A stretch of DNA of 64,000 bases from an uncultured Nitrospiraceae bacterium (GCA_963811165.1 CAWEQH010000010.1:160001-224000); one strand, 5' to 3'. Positions 48,979-59,834 are shown, numbered from the stretch's first letter. The notes: generated by a model not told the origin, from the sequence alone. Translations and numbers: made by a program.

Positions 48979-49530
48979 ATGGACATAACCGACCTCTCAG
49001 GAAATTTCCTTATTGCTGTCCCGCGGATGGAAGACCCGAATTTCAAGCGGGCGGTCATTCTCCTTTGCGAACACACGAAGGAAGGCGCGTTTGGACTTAT
49101 TATCAACAAAATACTCATGAACAGTTTTAAGCCGCTCCTTCCGGCCTTCGAAATAGAGAAGTCCAAGGTCGACCTCCCCATATACTACGGCGGTCCGGTC
49201 AGGCCTGAGCAGGGATATGTTATCTATTCCCCGTTCGACAAAAAATACGGAGCGATGAAGGTCACCAAGTCTCTTGCGGTGACCGCCTCCAAGGATATCC
49301 TTCATGACATAGCAGAAGGAAAAGGTCCTGAGCGCTATATGCTGGCACTCGGTTTTTCAGGCTGGGCAGCGAATCAGCTTGAAGATGAGATGATGACGGA
49401 CAGCTGGCTTGTGGCCCCCCTGAATTATGATATTGTGTTCGAAATGAGCCCTGAAGACCGGTGGAAGGAAGCGGCTGCCCTGATAGGAGTCGATTTCGAG
49501 AGGTTTTTCTGTTCGAGCGGACGCGCATGA
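48979..49530 (+). CDS. YqgE/AlgH family protein
   Basis: LIA.P.M.DPNF...V...CEH...GA.G.IIN, GGPV, GFSGW...QLE.E. Confidence 0.92.
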   Translation: MDITDLSGNFLIAVPRMEDPNFKRAVILLCEHTKEGAFGLIINKILMNSFKPLLPAFEIEKSKVDLPIYYGGPVRPEQGYVIYSPFDKKYGAMKVTKSLAVTASKDILHDIAEGKGPERYMLALGFSGWAANQLEDEMMTDSWLVAPLNYDIVFEMSPEDRWKEAAALIGVDFERFFCSSGRA

Positions 49531-49556
49531 TTTCCCCGGACAACCGCCGCAAGGAA

Positions 49557-50681
49557 TCAAAGGCCTAATCGTTCGAAAAGGCTTACGACAACGGAGTTTG
49601 AGAGTACAAGCCCCTTCCTTGTGAGTTTCAGGCGGTCATTGGCAAACTCGATATAACCTTGGTCAACGAGGTCGTCGACTGAAGAGGCGATAGCGGTCTC
49701 GCGGAGTTTGTCGTCTTTGAGGTCAATGCCTTCTCTTTTTCTCAGGCCGAGGAATATGAACTCTCTTATCGACTCATCATGCGTGACCTCTGTCGTCTCG
49801 ACATCGGGCGACAGACCGCCTTGCAGACGCTCTATATATGCATAGACATCCGGCGTGTTCTTCGCGCGCAGACCCTGCAAAAAAGAATGGGCCCCCGTCC
49901 CTGCAGCGATATATTCCCCCCTGTTCCAGTAGTTCATATTATGAAGACATCTGAAGCCCGGACGCGCGAAGTTCGATATCTCGTAATGTTCGTACCCGCA
50001 TGAGGAAAGAAAATCGATTGCCCGGTCATACATTTCTAGGACAAGTCCCTCGTCGGGCAACTCGAGTGCACCGGTCTTTAAGAGGCCGGATAACGGTGTT
50101 TTTTCCTCAGGGGTAAGCTCGTATGCAGAGATGTGCGAAGGGGCGAGTTCCACCGTCTCAGCAAGGGTTTTTTGCCAGGACTCCTTTGTCTGCCCGGGGA
50201 TGCCGTACATAAGGTCAAGGGAGATATTGCCGACCCCCAGGTCTTTAACGAGCCTGACCGACCTCTTTGCCTCCCCGGAGGTATGGACCCTTCCGAGCGT
50301 CCTTAGTTCCTCGTCGTCGAGGGACTGCACGCCCAGGCTGACCCTATTTACCCCAAGGGAAAGAAGCCCCTCTATCTTCGATCTGCTTATCGTACCCGGA
50401 TTCGCTTCTACGGTGATCTCGGCATATGGCGAAACAGTGAAGTTTTCTCTTATGCAGGAGAAGAGCCGTTTGAAAAAGTCTTCCGGCATAAGAGACGGCG
50501 TTCCTCCGCCTATGTAAACGGTCTCAAGCTCTCCGGCAGAATCCTTCCTGAGGCAAAGCTCTGCACAGAGGGCATCGGCATAACCCTTCACCAGGGACTC
50601 GTCATAGGGGACGGATATGAAATCGCAGTAAATACATTTTCTGACGCAAAAAGGGATATGGATATAAAGAGAATCGGCCAC
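49557..50681 (-). CDS. hemW: Radical SAM heme chaperone HemW (HemN-like)
   Basis: YIHIPFC...C.YC, GGGTPS, YEISNFA, HNMNYW. Confidence 0.92.
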   Translation of the reverse strand: MADSLYIHIPFCVRKCIYCDFISVPYDESLVKGYADALCAELCLRKDSAGELETVYIGGGTPSLMPEDFFKRLFSCIRENFTVSPYAEITVEANPGTISRSKIEGLLSLGVNRVSLGVQSLDDEELRTLGRVHTSGEAKRSVRLVKDLGVGNISLDLMYGIPGQTKESWQKTLAETVELAPSHISAYELTPEEKTPLSGLLKTGALELPDEGLVLEMYDRAIDFLSSCGYEHYEISNFARPGFRCLHNMNYWNRGEYIAAGTGAHSFLQGLRAKNTPDVYAYIERLQGGLSPDVETTEVTHDESIREFIFLGLRKREGIDLKDDKLRETAIASSVDDLVDQGYIEFANDRLKLTRKGLVLSNSVVVSLFERLGL

Positions 50682-50707
50682 CTACTATTGTATCCTATTT
50701 GTCAGGG

Positions 50708-50735
50708 GTAAGGGCGCATTGCAATGCGCCCCTAC
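50708..50735. repeat. GTAG-type REP palindrome
   Basis: GTAAGGGCGCATTGCAATGCGCCCCTAC. Confidence 0.75.
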
Positions 50736-50748
50736 TCGTACCGGTTGT

Positions 50749-50777
50749 TTGACAATCGGTGTCCACCGACTTATCAT
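50749..50777 (+). promoter_or_regulatory. Sigma70 promoter of mazG (leaderless geometry)
   Basis: TTGACA-17 nt-TATCAT, 8 nt before the ATG, no SD. Confidence 0.7.
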
Positions 50778-50785
50778 AAAACCCC

Positions 50786-51550
50786 ATGGATCTGAATGAA
50801 CTCATAGCGATAATGTCCGCACTCCGCGGCGAAAACGGTTGTCCCTGGGACAAGGACCAGACGAGAGAGTCCCTCAAGCCTTTTATTGTGGAAGAGGCAT
50901 ACGAGGTCCTCGAGGCCATCGACGAAAAGAATCCGGAGGCGATCAGGGAGGAGCTCGGAGACCTTCTCTTTCAGATAGTGTTTCAGTGCCAGATCGCCAA
51001 AGAAAGAGGGGAGTTCGAGATGGCGGACGTCATCGAAAAGATCGGGAAGAAGATGATCTCCAGACATCCTCATGTCTTCGGCGGCGCCGATTATAAGACC
51101 TCGGCTGAGGTGCTCGTACATTGGGAGGAACAGAAAAAGAAGGAGGGGAAGCAACGGGAATCGATCCTCGACGGCGTCCCTAAGGAACTTCCTTCCCTGC
51201 TCAGGGCCCACAGGCTCCAGGACAGGGCTTCGAGGGTTGGATTCGACTGGCAGAGTGTCGATGAAGTGATACAGAAACTCGAAGAGGAACTTGCGGAATT
51301 CAGAGAGGCCCTGCAAAGAAAGAAGGAAGAGGAGATTGAGGACGAGCTCGGCGACATATTCTTTGTGTTAGTGAATGTGTCGAGGTTTGTCGGTATAAAC
51401 CCCGAGGACGCGCTCAGAAAGACGATAAGCAAATTTATCTCACGCTTCAGGTTCATTGAGATGTCCGCTTCGGAGATGGGGAAAAAGCTGTCGGACATGA
51501 CTCTTGCGGAGATGGATGCGCTATGGGACAAGGCGAAGAAGAAAAAGTAG
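50786..51550 (+). CDS. mazG: Nucleoside triphosphate pyrophosphohydrolase
   Basis: GCPWD..QT, EEAYEV, EELGDLL, RHPHVF, GFDW, tandem MazG domains. Confidence 0.96.
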   Translation: MDLNELIAIMSALRGENGCPWDKDQTRESLKPFIVEEAYEVLEAIDEKNPEAIREELGDLLFQIVFQCQIAKERGEFEMADVIEKIGKKMISRHPHVFGGADYKTSAEVLVHWEEQKKKEGKQRESILDGVPKELPSLLRAHRLQDRASRVGFDWQSVDEVIQKLEEELAEFREALQRKKEEEIEDELGDIFFVLVNVSRFVGINPEDALRKTISKFISRFRFIEMSASEMGKKLSDMTLAEMDALWDKAKKKK

Positions 51551-51557
51551 GGGTGAT

Positions 51558-51715
51558 ACTGAAAGGACATAATATTGTCGCTCATTGTCGGCCTTCGACC
51601 TCCGAGGTATTTGCCCTCCACCCCCCTTTAATCCCCCCTTAGTAAGGGGGGATTAAAGGGGGTCTGTCTGAGTATCGGGCAAATAAAGCCGCTCCGAATA
51701 CTATGTCCTTTCAGT
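51558..51715 (-). repeat. Copy B of the unassigned structured intergenic element, with a nested CCCCCTTAGTAAGGGGG palindrome
   Basis: 19-bp closing stem 51558-51576/51697-51715, inner stem TATTTGCCC/GGGCAAATA, conserved junction motifs. Confidence 0.75.
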
Positions 51716-51754
51716 CAAAAAAATATGAATATGGTGGCTGATCGCTGATTTCCC

Positions 51755-52801
51755 ATGAGACGAATACTCCATATGGACATGGACGCTTTTTTTGCCTCTG
51801 TCGAGGAGAGAAGGCATCCCGAACTGAAGGGCAAGCCGGTCGTGATCGGTGGAGAAGGGGACCCTACGCAGAGGGGAGTGGTATCAACTGCTTCATACGA
51901 GGCCAGGAAATACGGCATCCATTCCGCGATGCCTCTTCGGACCGCCTACAAGCTCTGCCCTCACGCCGTCTTCCTGCCTGTTGACTATAAGGAATATTCC
52001 CGCGTGTCGGAGATCATAAAAAATACCCTTAGGCAATTTACCCCTCTTATTGAAGATGTCGGAATAGACGAGGCGTTCCTCGATATTTCAGACATCGAAG
52101 GATCTGCCGAGGAGGTCTCGGGTGAGATCAAGATAATGATTTTGCATGAGACCGGCCTTACCTGTTCAATCGGTATCGGCCCTAATAAACTGATAGCCAA
52201 GATTGCTTCCGACATGGAGAAACCCGACGGCCTGACGGTAATCAGCGAGGGCGACATTGAAGCCCGAATATGGCCGTTACAAGTGAGAAAACTCTGGGGC
52301 GTGGGGCCTAAGACCGAGACCTGTCTTAAGGACATGGGCATCGACACTATAGGAGATCTGGCCGCAACGCCGATCGAAACACTCATCGGGACTTTCGGCA
52401 ACTCTTACGGACGGTTTCTTTTTGAATCCTCACGAGGCAGGGACGAAAGTCCGCTCGTCACGAAATGGGAGCCGAAATCTTCCAGCCGTGAGACCACCTT
52501 TCAGAGAGACACCGACAATTGGCAGACAATCGCGAGGAACCTCGCCGAATTGACAAAGGAAGTGGTGGGAGATTTAAGACGGTCGGGGTACAAGGGGAAG
52601 AACGTCACCGTAAAAGTGAGGTTCAGCGATTTTAAGACCGTCACGAGGGCCAAGACACTTCAGCAGGCGAGCGATTCCCTGGAGGATATGAGAAGGGCCG
52701 CCTTCGAGTGTTTGGGGAGGATCGAGATCAAAAAGAAGGTGCGGCTCATCGGCGTGAGGGCGGGAAAACTTGAAAGGAATAGCGGAGAAGGCGGGGCATA
52801 A
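51755..52801 (+). CDS. dinB: DNA polymerase IV
   Basis: HMDMDAFFASVE, SYEARKYG, IDEAFLD, AKIASD..KPDG. Confidence 0.96.
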   Translation: MRRILHMDMDAFFASVEERRHPELKGKPVVIGGEGDPTQRGVVSTASYEARKYGIHSAMPLRTAYKLCPHAVFLPVDYKEYSRVSEIIKNTLRQFTPLIEDVGIDEAFLDISDIEGSAEEVSGEIKIMILHETGLTCSIGIGPNKLIAKIASDMEKPDGLTVISEGDIEARIWPLQVRKLWGVGPKTETCLKDMGIDTIGDLAATPIETLIGTFGNSYGRFLFESSRGRDESPLVTKWEPKSSSRETTFQRDTDNWQTIARNLAELTKEVVGDLRRSGYKGKNVTVKVRFSDFKTVTRAKTLQQASDSLEDMRRAAFECLGRIEIKKKVRLIGVRAGKLERNSGEGGA

Positions 52802-52925
52802 TAATCTCGTTCATCCTTGGTCATCGAGCCTTACGACCTGGCTGAGGCGCCCCCTTTAATTTAAGGTCCGTGATTGTGTTATAATTAGTGGTTAATTAAG
52901 GGAATTTGCCTCAGAAGGGGGAGAA

Positions 52926-53804
52926 ATGCCAGATATACTAAAGAAGGCGATTTTTCCGGCGGCGGGTCTCGGGACCAGGTTTTTGCCGGCCACGAAGGCG
53001 TCTCCTAAGGAGATGATGCCGATCGTTGATAAGCCCATGATACAGTATGGGGTTGAAGAGGCGATCTCATGCGGTCTCAAAGAGATCGTCATCATTACAG
53101 GGAAACATAAAAGGAGCATCGAAGACCACTTCGATTACGCCTTCGAGCTGGAAGAGAAACTCAGGAAAAGCGGCAAGAAGAAACTCATAGAGGAGCTCAA
53201 CAGGCTCAGTAAGATCAAGATCGGATATATAAGGCAGGGATATGCGCTCGGTCTGGGGCACGCGATCTCGTGTGCGAGGCCTTTTGTCAATGACGAGCCC
53301 TTTGCGGTCATCCTCAGCGATGACATTATCGATCCGGAGGAATCTCTCCTTAAAGACATGGTGGAGCTTTATAAGAGACTGAAAAGTCCGATCCTCGCGC
53401 TTGAAAAGGTACCTGCTTCAGAAATTCACAGGTATGGGGTGATCGGCGGGGTGAAGGAGTCGGACGGCGTCTACAGGATAGATACGCTTGTGGAGAAGCC
53501 GAGCGCAGAATCTGCTCCGTCTGATCTGGCTATCATCGGAAGGTACATACTTACTCCCGACATTTTTGGAATACTTGAGAGGTCGAAGCCGGGCAAGGGA
53601 GGAGAGATACAGCTTACCGACGCTATTGCAAAACTCCTCAAGAAGAGACCGGTCTACGGGTATCTCTTTAAGGGAAAAAGGTATGACGCAGGGGATAAAT
53701 TCGGCTACCTGAAGGCGACCGTACATTTCGCCCTCAAGAACCCCGAGCTTTCCGAACAGTTCAAGTCTCATATACTCGAAGTGGCCCGGAAACTGAAGCG
53801 CTGA
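52926..53804 (+). CDS. galU: UTP--glucose-1-phosphate uridylyltransferase
   Basis: PAAGLGTRFLPATKASPKEM, GLGHA, VEKP, GEIQLTDA. Confidence 0.97.
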   Translation: MPDILKKAIFPAAGLGTRFLPATKASPKEMMPIVDKPMIQYGVEEAISCGLKEIVIITGKHKRSIEDHFDYAFELEEKLRKSGKKKLIEELNRLSKIKIGYIRQGYALGLGHAISCARPFVNDEPFAVILSDDIIDPEESLLKDMVELYKRLKSPILALEKVPASEIHRYGVIGGVKESDGVYRIDTLVEKPSAESAPSDLAIIGRYILTPDIFGILERSKPGKGGEIQLTDAIAKLLKKRPVYGYLFKGKRYDAGDKFGYLKATVHFALKNPELSEQFKSHILEVARKLKR

Positions 53805-53904
53805 TACCGACCCGCCCGTGTTGCTATCTTCACGGATTTGTGATTAAATTTTACTAAGATGATGTCTGGAAGTGACGGACCAACACGAAGAACAAGGAGA
53901 CGGA

Positions 53905-56292
53905 ATGGCTGAGCTTGACAAGAATGATGTAAATAAAGACAAGGACGTAGAGATCCCCGACACCCTGCCGGTTCTTCCGGTAAGAGACATAGTTGTTTTT
54001 CCCTATATGATTATCCCTCTTTTCGTCGGGCGGGAGATATCGATCAAGGCCATCGATACTGCTTTGAGCTCAAACAGGATGATCCTGCTTTTGACCCAGA
54101 AGGACCTGAGCGTTGAAGCCCCGGTAACAGCCGATCTGTATTCCGTCGGGACCGTGGGCATGATCATGAGGATGCTGAAGCTGCCCGATGGCCGGGTCAA
54201 GATTCTCGTACAGGGATTGTCCAAGGCAAGAGTTAAGAAGTTTACCCAGACCGGCGCTTTTTTCACTGCTGAAATCGAGAAGATCGAGGAGGTCAAACCT
54301 GAAACCCTTTCCGTGGAGGAAGAGGCCGAGATAAGGTCCGTTAAGGAGCAACTCGACAAGGCGGTTTCTTACGGTAAAACGGTCCTTCCCGATATCATGG
54401 TGGTAATCGAAAACCTGGATGATCCCGGAAGGCTTGCGGACCTCGTTGCCTCCAATCTTGGGCTGAAAGCCGAGCAGGCGCAGGAGGTCATGGAAATTCT
54501 CAATCCCACACAGAGACTGAGGCGGGTCAGCGAGATGCTGAGCCGTGAGATAGAACTCCTCATAGTACAGCAGAAGATACAGTCCGAAGCGAGGGGGGAG
54601 ATAGACAAGACGCAGCGCGAGTATTTTCTTAGGGAGCAGTTGAAGGCGATTCAGAAAGAACTTGGGGATATCGACGAAAGGGCGGAAGAGGTAAGGGAGT
54701 TTAGAAAGAAGATAGAAGACTCGAAGATGCCCGAGAAGGTCTTCAAGGAGGCGGAGAAACAGCTTAAGAGGCTTGAAAAGATGCATCCCGACAGCGCCGA
54801 GGCGGCGACGATCAGGACGTATCTCGACTGGCTCGTTGAGCTCCCCTGGTCGAAGAGCACTAAGGACAATCTCGACATCAAGGCGGCCCATAAGGTGCTC
54901 AATGATGATCATTACGACCTCGAAAAGGTCAAAGAAAGAATCCTCGAATATCTGAGCGTCAGGAAACTGAAGGAAAAGATGAAGGGCCCGATCATCTGTT
55001 TTATAGGCCCTCCGGGAGTCGGGAAGACCTCGCTCGGCCGGTCCATCGCAAGGGCGCTCGGCAGGGAATTCGTGCGGATGTCGCTTGGCGGGGTAAGGGA
55101 TGAGGCGGAGATAAGGGGCCACAGACGGACCTATGTCGGCGCGCTGCCGGGAAGGATTATTCAGGGTATCAAGCAGGCCGGCAGGAACAACCCTGTCTTT
55201 ATGCTCGATGAAATAGACAAAATAGGCAATGACTTCAGAGGCGACCCCTCTTCTGCGCTTTTAGAGGTGCTCGATCCGGAGCAGAACTTTGCCTTTGCGG
55301 ACCACTATCTATCGGTGCCTTTCGATTTGTCACGGGTCATGTTCATTACGACGGGCAATCTGGCCGACACCATTCCAGGACCGCTTAGGGACAGGATGGA
55401 GATAATTTATCTGTCGGGCTATACCTCCGAGGAGAAACTCGGCATTGCCAAAAAATACCTCCTTCCCAAGCAGCTCGATGAGCATGGTCTTACGAAAAAG
55501 GTCCTTTCGATTACCGATTCGGCCTTGATGCTTCTTATATCCCAATATACGAGAGAGGCCGGCGTCAGGAACCTCGAACGGGAAATTGCGAACCTCTGCA
55601 GAAAGGTCGCAAAGAAGATAGCCGAGGGCAAGGAAAGGAAATTCAACGTCGTTACGGGCAGCCTCCAGAGTTACCTCGGCGTACCGAAATTCCTGCCCGA
55701 GGAAGAGATGGAAGAAGACGAAGTAGGCGTATCGACCGGTCTTGCATGGACTGAGGCGGGTGGCGACATTATCTACATCGAGGCCACGACGATGATGGGA
55801 AAGGGCCATCTGACACTTACAGGACAGCTAGGCGACGTGATGAAGGAATCGGCGCAGGCGGCGCTGAGTTATATCCGCTCGAGGGCCAAGACGCTCGGCA
55901 TCAAAGAAGACGTCTTTTCAAAAGTCGACATCCATATACATGTGCCTGCCGGTGCGATCCCGAAAGACGGTCCGTCAGCCGGGATCACAATAGCCACGGC
56001 GCTGGCGTCGGTACTTACGGGCAGGCCGGTAAATAAGAATATCGCGATGACCGGTGAGGTGACATTGAGGGGCCGTGTGCTTCCGATCGGCGGGCTGAAG
56101 GAAAAGACCCTTGCCGCCAAGAGGATGGGAATAAAGAAAGTGGTTGTACCGAAAAGGAACAAGAAGGACCTCGAGGAGATCCCTAAGTATATCAAGAAAG
56201 ACATGGAATTCGTGTTCGCCGACACCATGGACCAGGTGTTGAAGGTCGCACTTCGGCCCGAGAAGAAATCTGTATCAAAGAAGAAGAAATAA
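53905..56292 (+). CDS. lon: ATP-dependent protease La
   Basis: [22 protein letters not shown], catalytic PKDGPSAG. Start at ATG 53905 with SD AGGAG. Confidence 0.98.
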   Translation: MAELDKNDVNKDKDVEIPDTLPVLPVRDIVVFPYMIIPLFVGREISIKAIDTALSSNRMILLLTQKDLSVEAPVTADLYSVGTVGMIMRMLKLPDGRVKILVQGLSKARVKKFTQTGAFFTAEIEKIEEVKPETLSVEEEAEIRSVKEQLDKAVSYGKTVLPDIMVVIENLDDPGRLADLVASNLGLKAEQAQEVMEILNPTQRLRRVSEMLSREIELLIVQQKIQSEARGEIDKTQREYFLREQLKAIQKELGDIDERAEEVREFRKKIEDSKMPEKVFKEAEKQLKRLEKMHPDSAEAATIRTYLDWLVELPWSKSTKDNLDIKAAHKVLNDDHYDLEKVKERILEYLSVRKLKEKMKGPIICFIGPPGVGKTSLGRSIARALGREFVRMSLGGVRDEAEIRGHRRTYVGALPGRIIQGIKQAGRNNPVFMLDEIDKIGNDFRGDPSSALLEVLDPEQNFAFADHYLSVPFDLSRVMFITTGNLADTIPGPLRDRMEIIYLSGYTSEEKLGIAKKYLLPKQLDEHGLTKKVLSITDSALMLLISQYTREAGVRNLEREIANLCRKVAKKIAEGKERKFNVVTGSLQSYLGVPKFLPEEEMEEDEVGVSTGLAWTEAGGDIIYIEATTMMGKGHLTLTGQLGDVMKESAQAALSYIRSRAKTLGIKEDVFSKVDIHIHVPAGAIPKDGPSAGITIATALASVLTGRPVNKNIAMTGEVTLRGRVLPIGGLKEKTLAAKRMGIKKVVVPKRNKKDLEEIPKYIKKDMEFVFADTMDQVLKVALRPEKKSVSKKKK

Positions 56293-56317
56293 TGGCAGGG
56301 GCGGCCTGCGGCCGCAG

Positions 56318-57301
56318 ATGAAGCTTTCCGAGGCCGGTGAGCTCTCCCTTCTTGATATTCTCAGAAAAAGGTTCGGGAAAAGGGCGCCCGGCCTTGTGCT
56401 CGGCATCGGCGATGATTCGGCAGTTATAAGACCCCGGTCTGAAAACATGCTTCTTACCTCCGACATGATGGTCGAGGGAGTGCACTTCGATCTGAGTTGG
56501 ATAACTCCCTATCAGCTCGGTTTTAAATTAGTTTCGGTCAACGTAAGCGATATCTACGCGATGGGCGGCAAGCCTGAATTCATGCTGCTTGATTTTGCCG
56601 CACCTGGGGATTTTGAAAAATCGCAATTCGATTTACTCTTTGACGGCATAGCTGAAGCACTGAAGACATACAGACTCTCTCTTATAGGCGGCGACATCTC
56701 GGCGGCAGACAGGGTCGTGCTGTCGGCCACCGTCTCGGGCTCGGCAGAGAGAGTCGTTGGCAGGGGTGGGGCGAAGACGGGCGATCTCATTTATGTATCG
56801 GGATACCTGGGGGATTCGGCGTGCGGCCTGAGGGTGCTGAAGAGTATCGGCAGGACCGTGGCAATCGAAAAGAAGAAGAAGGTCGATTTCGGGCCCGGCT
56901 GGAAAGCTGTCGGACCTCTCGTAAGAAGACACCTGATGCCCCTTGCGGTAGAGCCATCAAGGTTTTCGGGCAAGGCCACTGCGATGATGGATATCAGCGA
57001 CGGACTTTTCATCGATCTATCGAGACTCTGTAAGGAAAGCGGTGTGGGTGCAAAAATATATGAGGATAAAATACCTATGTCGGAACCACTGAGAACGACG
57101 GCTGAATATCTGGGTGTCGACCCCCTTGACTTGGCTACGGGCGGCGGGGAAGATTATGAACTCCTCTTTACTGCGCCGGTACGGGTAAAGGTGGACGCCT
57201 TCTGTATCGGCGAGATAACGAGGAGGGGGCTGAGGATAGCCGGCCGCAACGGGAAAAGCAGGAAGGTAACGATGAGGGGGTATAGGCACTTTGCATTTTA
57301 A
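56318..57301 (+). CDS. thiL: Thiamine-monophosphate kinase
   Basis: GIGDDSA, NVSDIYAMGG, DISDGL, GGEDYELLF. Confidence 0.95.
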   Translation: MKLSEAGELSLLDILRKRFGKRAPGLVLGIGDDSAVIRPRSENMLLTSDMMVEGVHFDLSWITPYQLGFKLVSVNVSDIYAMGGKPEFMLLDFAAPGDFEKSQFDLLFDGIAEALKTYRLSLIGGDISAADRVVLSATVSGSAERVVGRGGAKTGDLIYVSGYLGDSACGLRVLKSIGRTVAIEKKKKVDFGPGWKAVGPLVRRHLMPLAVEPSRFSGKATAMMDISDGLFIDLSRLCKESGVGAKIYEDKIPMSEPLRTTAEYLGVDPLDLATGGGEDYELLFTAPVRVKVDAFCIGEITRRGLRIAGRNGKSRKVTMRGYRHFAF

Positions 57302-57719
57302 AGACAGACTGAGAGAAGTCCTGTCCGTTAATGAACCCCCGCACAAGGTGGCCCTGGCTTTTTCAATCGGCATATTTGTCGGTATGTCTCCCCTTCTTGG
57401 CCTGCACACCGTACTGGGTATCATCCTGGCGTGGCAGTTGAGACTGAACAAACTTGTGACTTTGATAGGGGTCTATATAACGAACCCCTGGACGATAGTG
57501 CCGATCTATACGTTTGGCACCTGGGTCGGTGCAAAAGTTCTGGGTATCACCCATATCATTCCGCCGATGGACTGGTCGCATATCACGTGCAGGGTCTTGT
57601 TTTACGAATTCAAACATCTCCTTGTGCCGTTTGTCGTAGGCAGTCTCTTGATGGCAACCGTTTCGTCAATATTGGGCTATATCCTCATCTATAGGGCGGT
57701 CAAGAGCGCTCGTGGCTAA
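57291..57719 (+). CDS. DUF2062 family membrane protein
   Basis: P..VALAF.IG.F.G..P..G.HT, LN, NPWT..P.Y. Confidence 0.85.
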   Translation: MHFKDRLREVLSVNEPPHKVALAFSIGIFVGMSPLLGLHTVLGIILAWQLRLNKLVTLIGVYITNPWTIVPIYTFGTWVGAKVLGITHIIPPMDWSHITCRVLFYEFKHLLVPFVVGSLLMATVSSILGYILIYRAVKSARG

Positions 57720-59004
57720 AGTATTTCTTCTGAGTCTCGGCTGCCCGAAGAACCTGGTCGATTCTGAAAACCTTCTGAGGAAACTTGGCGACAGGGGGAT
57801 TTCCTATTCGGACAGCCCTGAAGACTCCGACATACTCGTTGTCAATACCTGCGGCTTCATCGAAGAGGCAAAGAGGGAATCGATCGAGGAGATATTGCGC
57901 ATCGCCGGGGTAAAGAAGGCGGGGAAGAGGAAAAAACTCCTCGTCTATGGATGCCTTGCAAAGAGGTTTGGCGGAGAACTGAGGGATGAGATCCCCGAGA
58001 TCGATGCACTCTGGGGTGTAGGCCAGGACGACGAGATCGTCAGGTACTGCGAATCAATTGCCGGGCCGCGGACCATCCCTAGAAAAGGGGCTTCGGCGAT
58101 GAGACAATTCAGCGATACCCCTTATGCGTACCTGAAGATCGCAGAAGGCTGCGACAGGGGATGTTCGTACTGCGTAATCCCCAGGATCAGGGGATCGTTT
58201 AGGAGCAGGGATATAAAGGATATCCTGCGTGAAGCGGAAGACCTCCTTTTAGAGGGGGTGAAGGAACTGATTATCGTCGCGCAGGACATCACCTCTTACG
58301 GGAAAGACATAAAAGGGTACGATCTCGGCAAACTTATAAGAAAGATCGCTTCTTTGAAAGGCGATTTCTGGATACGGCTTCTCTATCTCTATCCTACGTC
58401 GATAAATGACGATCTCCTTGAGACGATGGCCGCCGAAAAGAAAGTCTGCAAATATATAGACATGCCGCTTCAGCATTCCGAAGACAGGATCCTCAAACTC
58501 ATGGGCAGGGGAGGCAGCAGGGCCTATTATGAAAAACTTATCAGGAGGATCAGGAGGATAATCCCGGAGGTCATAATACGCACCACTTTCATCGTGGGCT
58601 TTCCCCAGGAGAGTGAAGAGGAGAGTGAGAACCTCGCTGCCTTCGTCAAGAAAATGGAATTTGACCGGATGGGCGCCTTCACCTATTCTAACGAAAAGGA
58701 CACGCCGGCTTCAGGGTTGAAAGCCCAGGTGTCGAAGCGGACTAAGAAGGAAAGATATGAAAGGATCATGGGGATTCAGTCGGCGATATCCCTTTCGAAG
58801 AACAAGGCCCTTGTGGGAAAGACCTTTAGGGCGCTGGTGGATGAAATCGATGACGGAGTCGCGATCGCAAGGCTTTATTCCCAGGCGCCGGAGATCGACG
58901 GCGTTGTCTTCATCGAAGATGAAGGAATCGAAAAGGGGACCTTTGTCAAGGTGAAGATAACCGAGGCGTTCGATTACGATCTGAAGGGTAAGGTTGTGAA
59001 ATGA
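57712..59004 (+). CDS. rimO: Ribosomal protein S12 methylthiotransferase
   Basis: SLGCPKNLVDSE, NTCGFI, EGCDRGCSYC, APEIDG TRAM domain. Confidence 0.96.
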   Translation: MAKVFLLSLGCPKNLVDSENLLRKLGDRGISYSDSPEDSDILVVNTCGFIEEAKRESIEEILRIAGVKKAGKRKKLLVYGCLAKRFGGELRDEIPEIDALWGVGQDDEIVRYCESIAGPRTIPRKGASAMRQFSDTPYAYLKIAEGCDRGCSYCVIPRIRGSFRSRDIKDILREAEDLLLEGVKELIIVAQDITSYGKDIKGYDLGKLIRKIASLKGDFWIRLLYLYPTSINDDLLETMAAEKKVCKYIDMPLQHSEDRILKLMGRGGSRAYYEKLIRRIRRIIPEVIIRTTFIVGFPQESEEESENLAAFVKKMEFDRMGAFTYSNEKDTPASGLKAQVSKRTKKERYERIMGIQSAISLSKNKALVGKTFRALVDEIDDGVAIARLYSQAPEIDGVVFIEDEGIEKGTFVKVKITEAFDYDLKGKVVK

Positions 59005-59834
59005 GAAAGTTCCCCTATCTGCATCTTATCCTTTTTCTGCTGACCTTCCTTTCAACACTTGCGGTCGGAGCCCTAAACGAGGGGGTCGACATAATTAAGG
59101 AACCCGGCAAAATTTATCTCGGTCTTCCTTTTTCCGCGACACTTCTTTGCATACTCCTGGCGCACGAATTTTCTCATTATCTTGCTTCGAGGAAGCACGG
59201 GGTGGAGGCGACGCTGCCGTATTTTATCCCTGCGCCGACGCTCTTTGGCACATTAGGGGCCTTTATAAAGATGAAGTCGCCGATCAGCAGTAGAAACGCG
59301 CTCATGGATATCGGTGCCTCGGGTCCTATCGCCGGATTTATCGTCGCTATGGTTGCCACGATCATAGGCCTCTTCCTTTCGAAGATCGTTCCGGTACATA
59401 AGGTTGAAGGCATGATTACACTCGGCGATTCGCTTCTTTTTAAAGGGCTCTCGAGACTTATCCTCGGAAGCGTACCCGAGGGCTCTGATGTGATTCTTCA
59501 TCCGGTGGCCTTCGCAGGGTGGATCGGTTTCTTTGTGACCGCGCTGAACCTTATTCCGATCGGCCAGCTTGACGGCGGGCATATAGTGTATGCCCTCATC
59601 GGAGAACGACATGGGAAGCTTTCGAAGGTGCTGATCGGGGTGATGGTCGGTCTCGGTCTCCTCCTGTGGGAGGGATGGCTGGTATGGGCGGTCCTTTTGA
59701 TTATTCTAGGCTCAAAACATCCGCCGATAATTTATTCCGAAGAACCGCTTGACCAAAGGAGAAAGAGGATAGGATGGTTCGCGGTATTCATTTTTATCCT
59801 TACCTTCATTCCTGTGCCGATCACGATTGCGTGA
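59001..59834 (+). CDS. Site-2 protease (M50) family protein
   Basis: HEFSH, GPIAG, NLIPIGQLDGGH. Confidence 0.92.
   Translation: MRKFPYLHLILFLLTFLSTLAVGALNEGVDIIKEPGKIYLGLPFSATLLCILLAHEFSHYLASRKHGVEATLPYFIPAPTLFGTLGAFIKMKSPISSRNALMDIGASGPIAGFIVAMVATIIGLFLSKIVPVHKVEGMITLGDSLLFKGLSRLILGSVPEGSDVILHPVAFAGWIGFFVTALNLIPIGQLDGGHIVYALIGERHGKLSKVLIGVMVGLGLLLWEGWLVWAVLLIILGSKHPPIIYSEEPLDQRRKRIGWFAVFIFILTFIPVPITIA

Noticed and set aside
51558..51715. Classical MITE with fixed terminal inverted repeats
   Set aside because: No target-site duplication was seen, and the terminal stem sequence differs between copies while internal motifs are conserved.
51660..51754. LexA/SOS box upstream of dinB
   Set aside because: No palindrome matching a LexA consensus I know.
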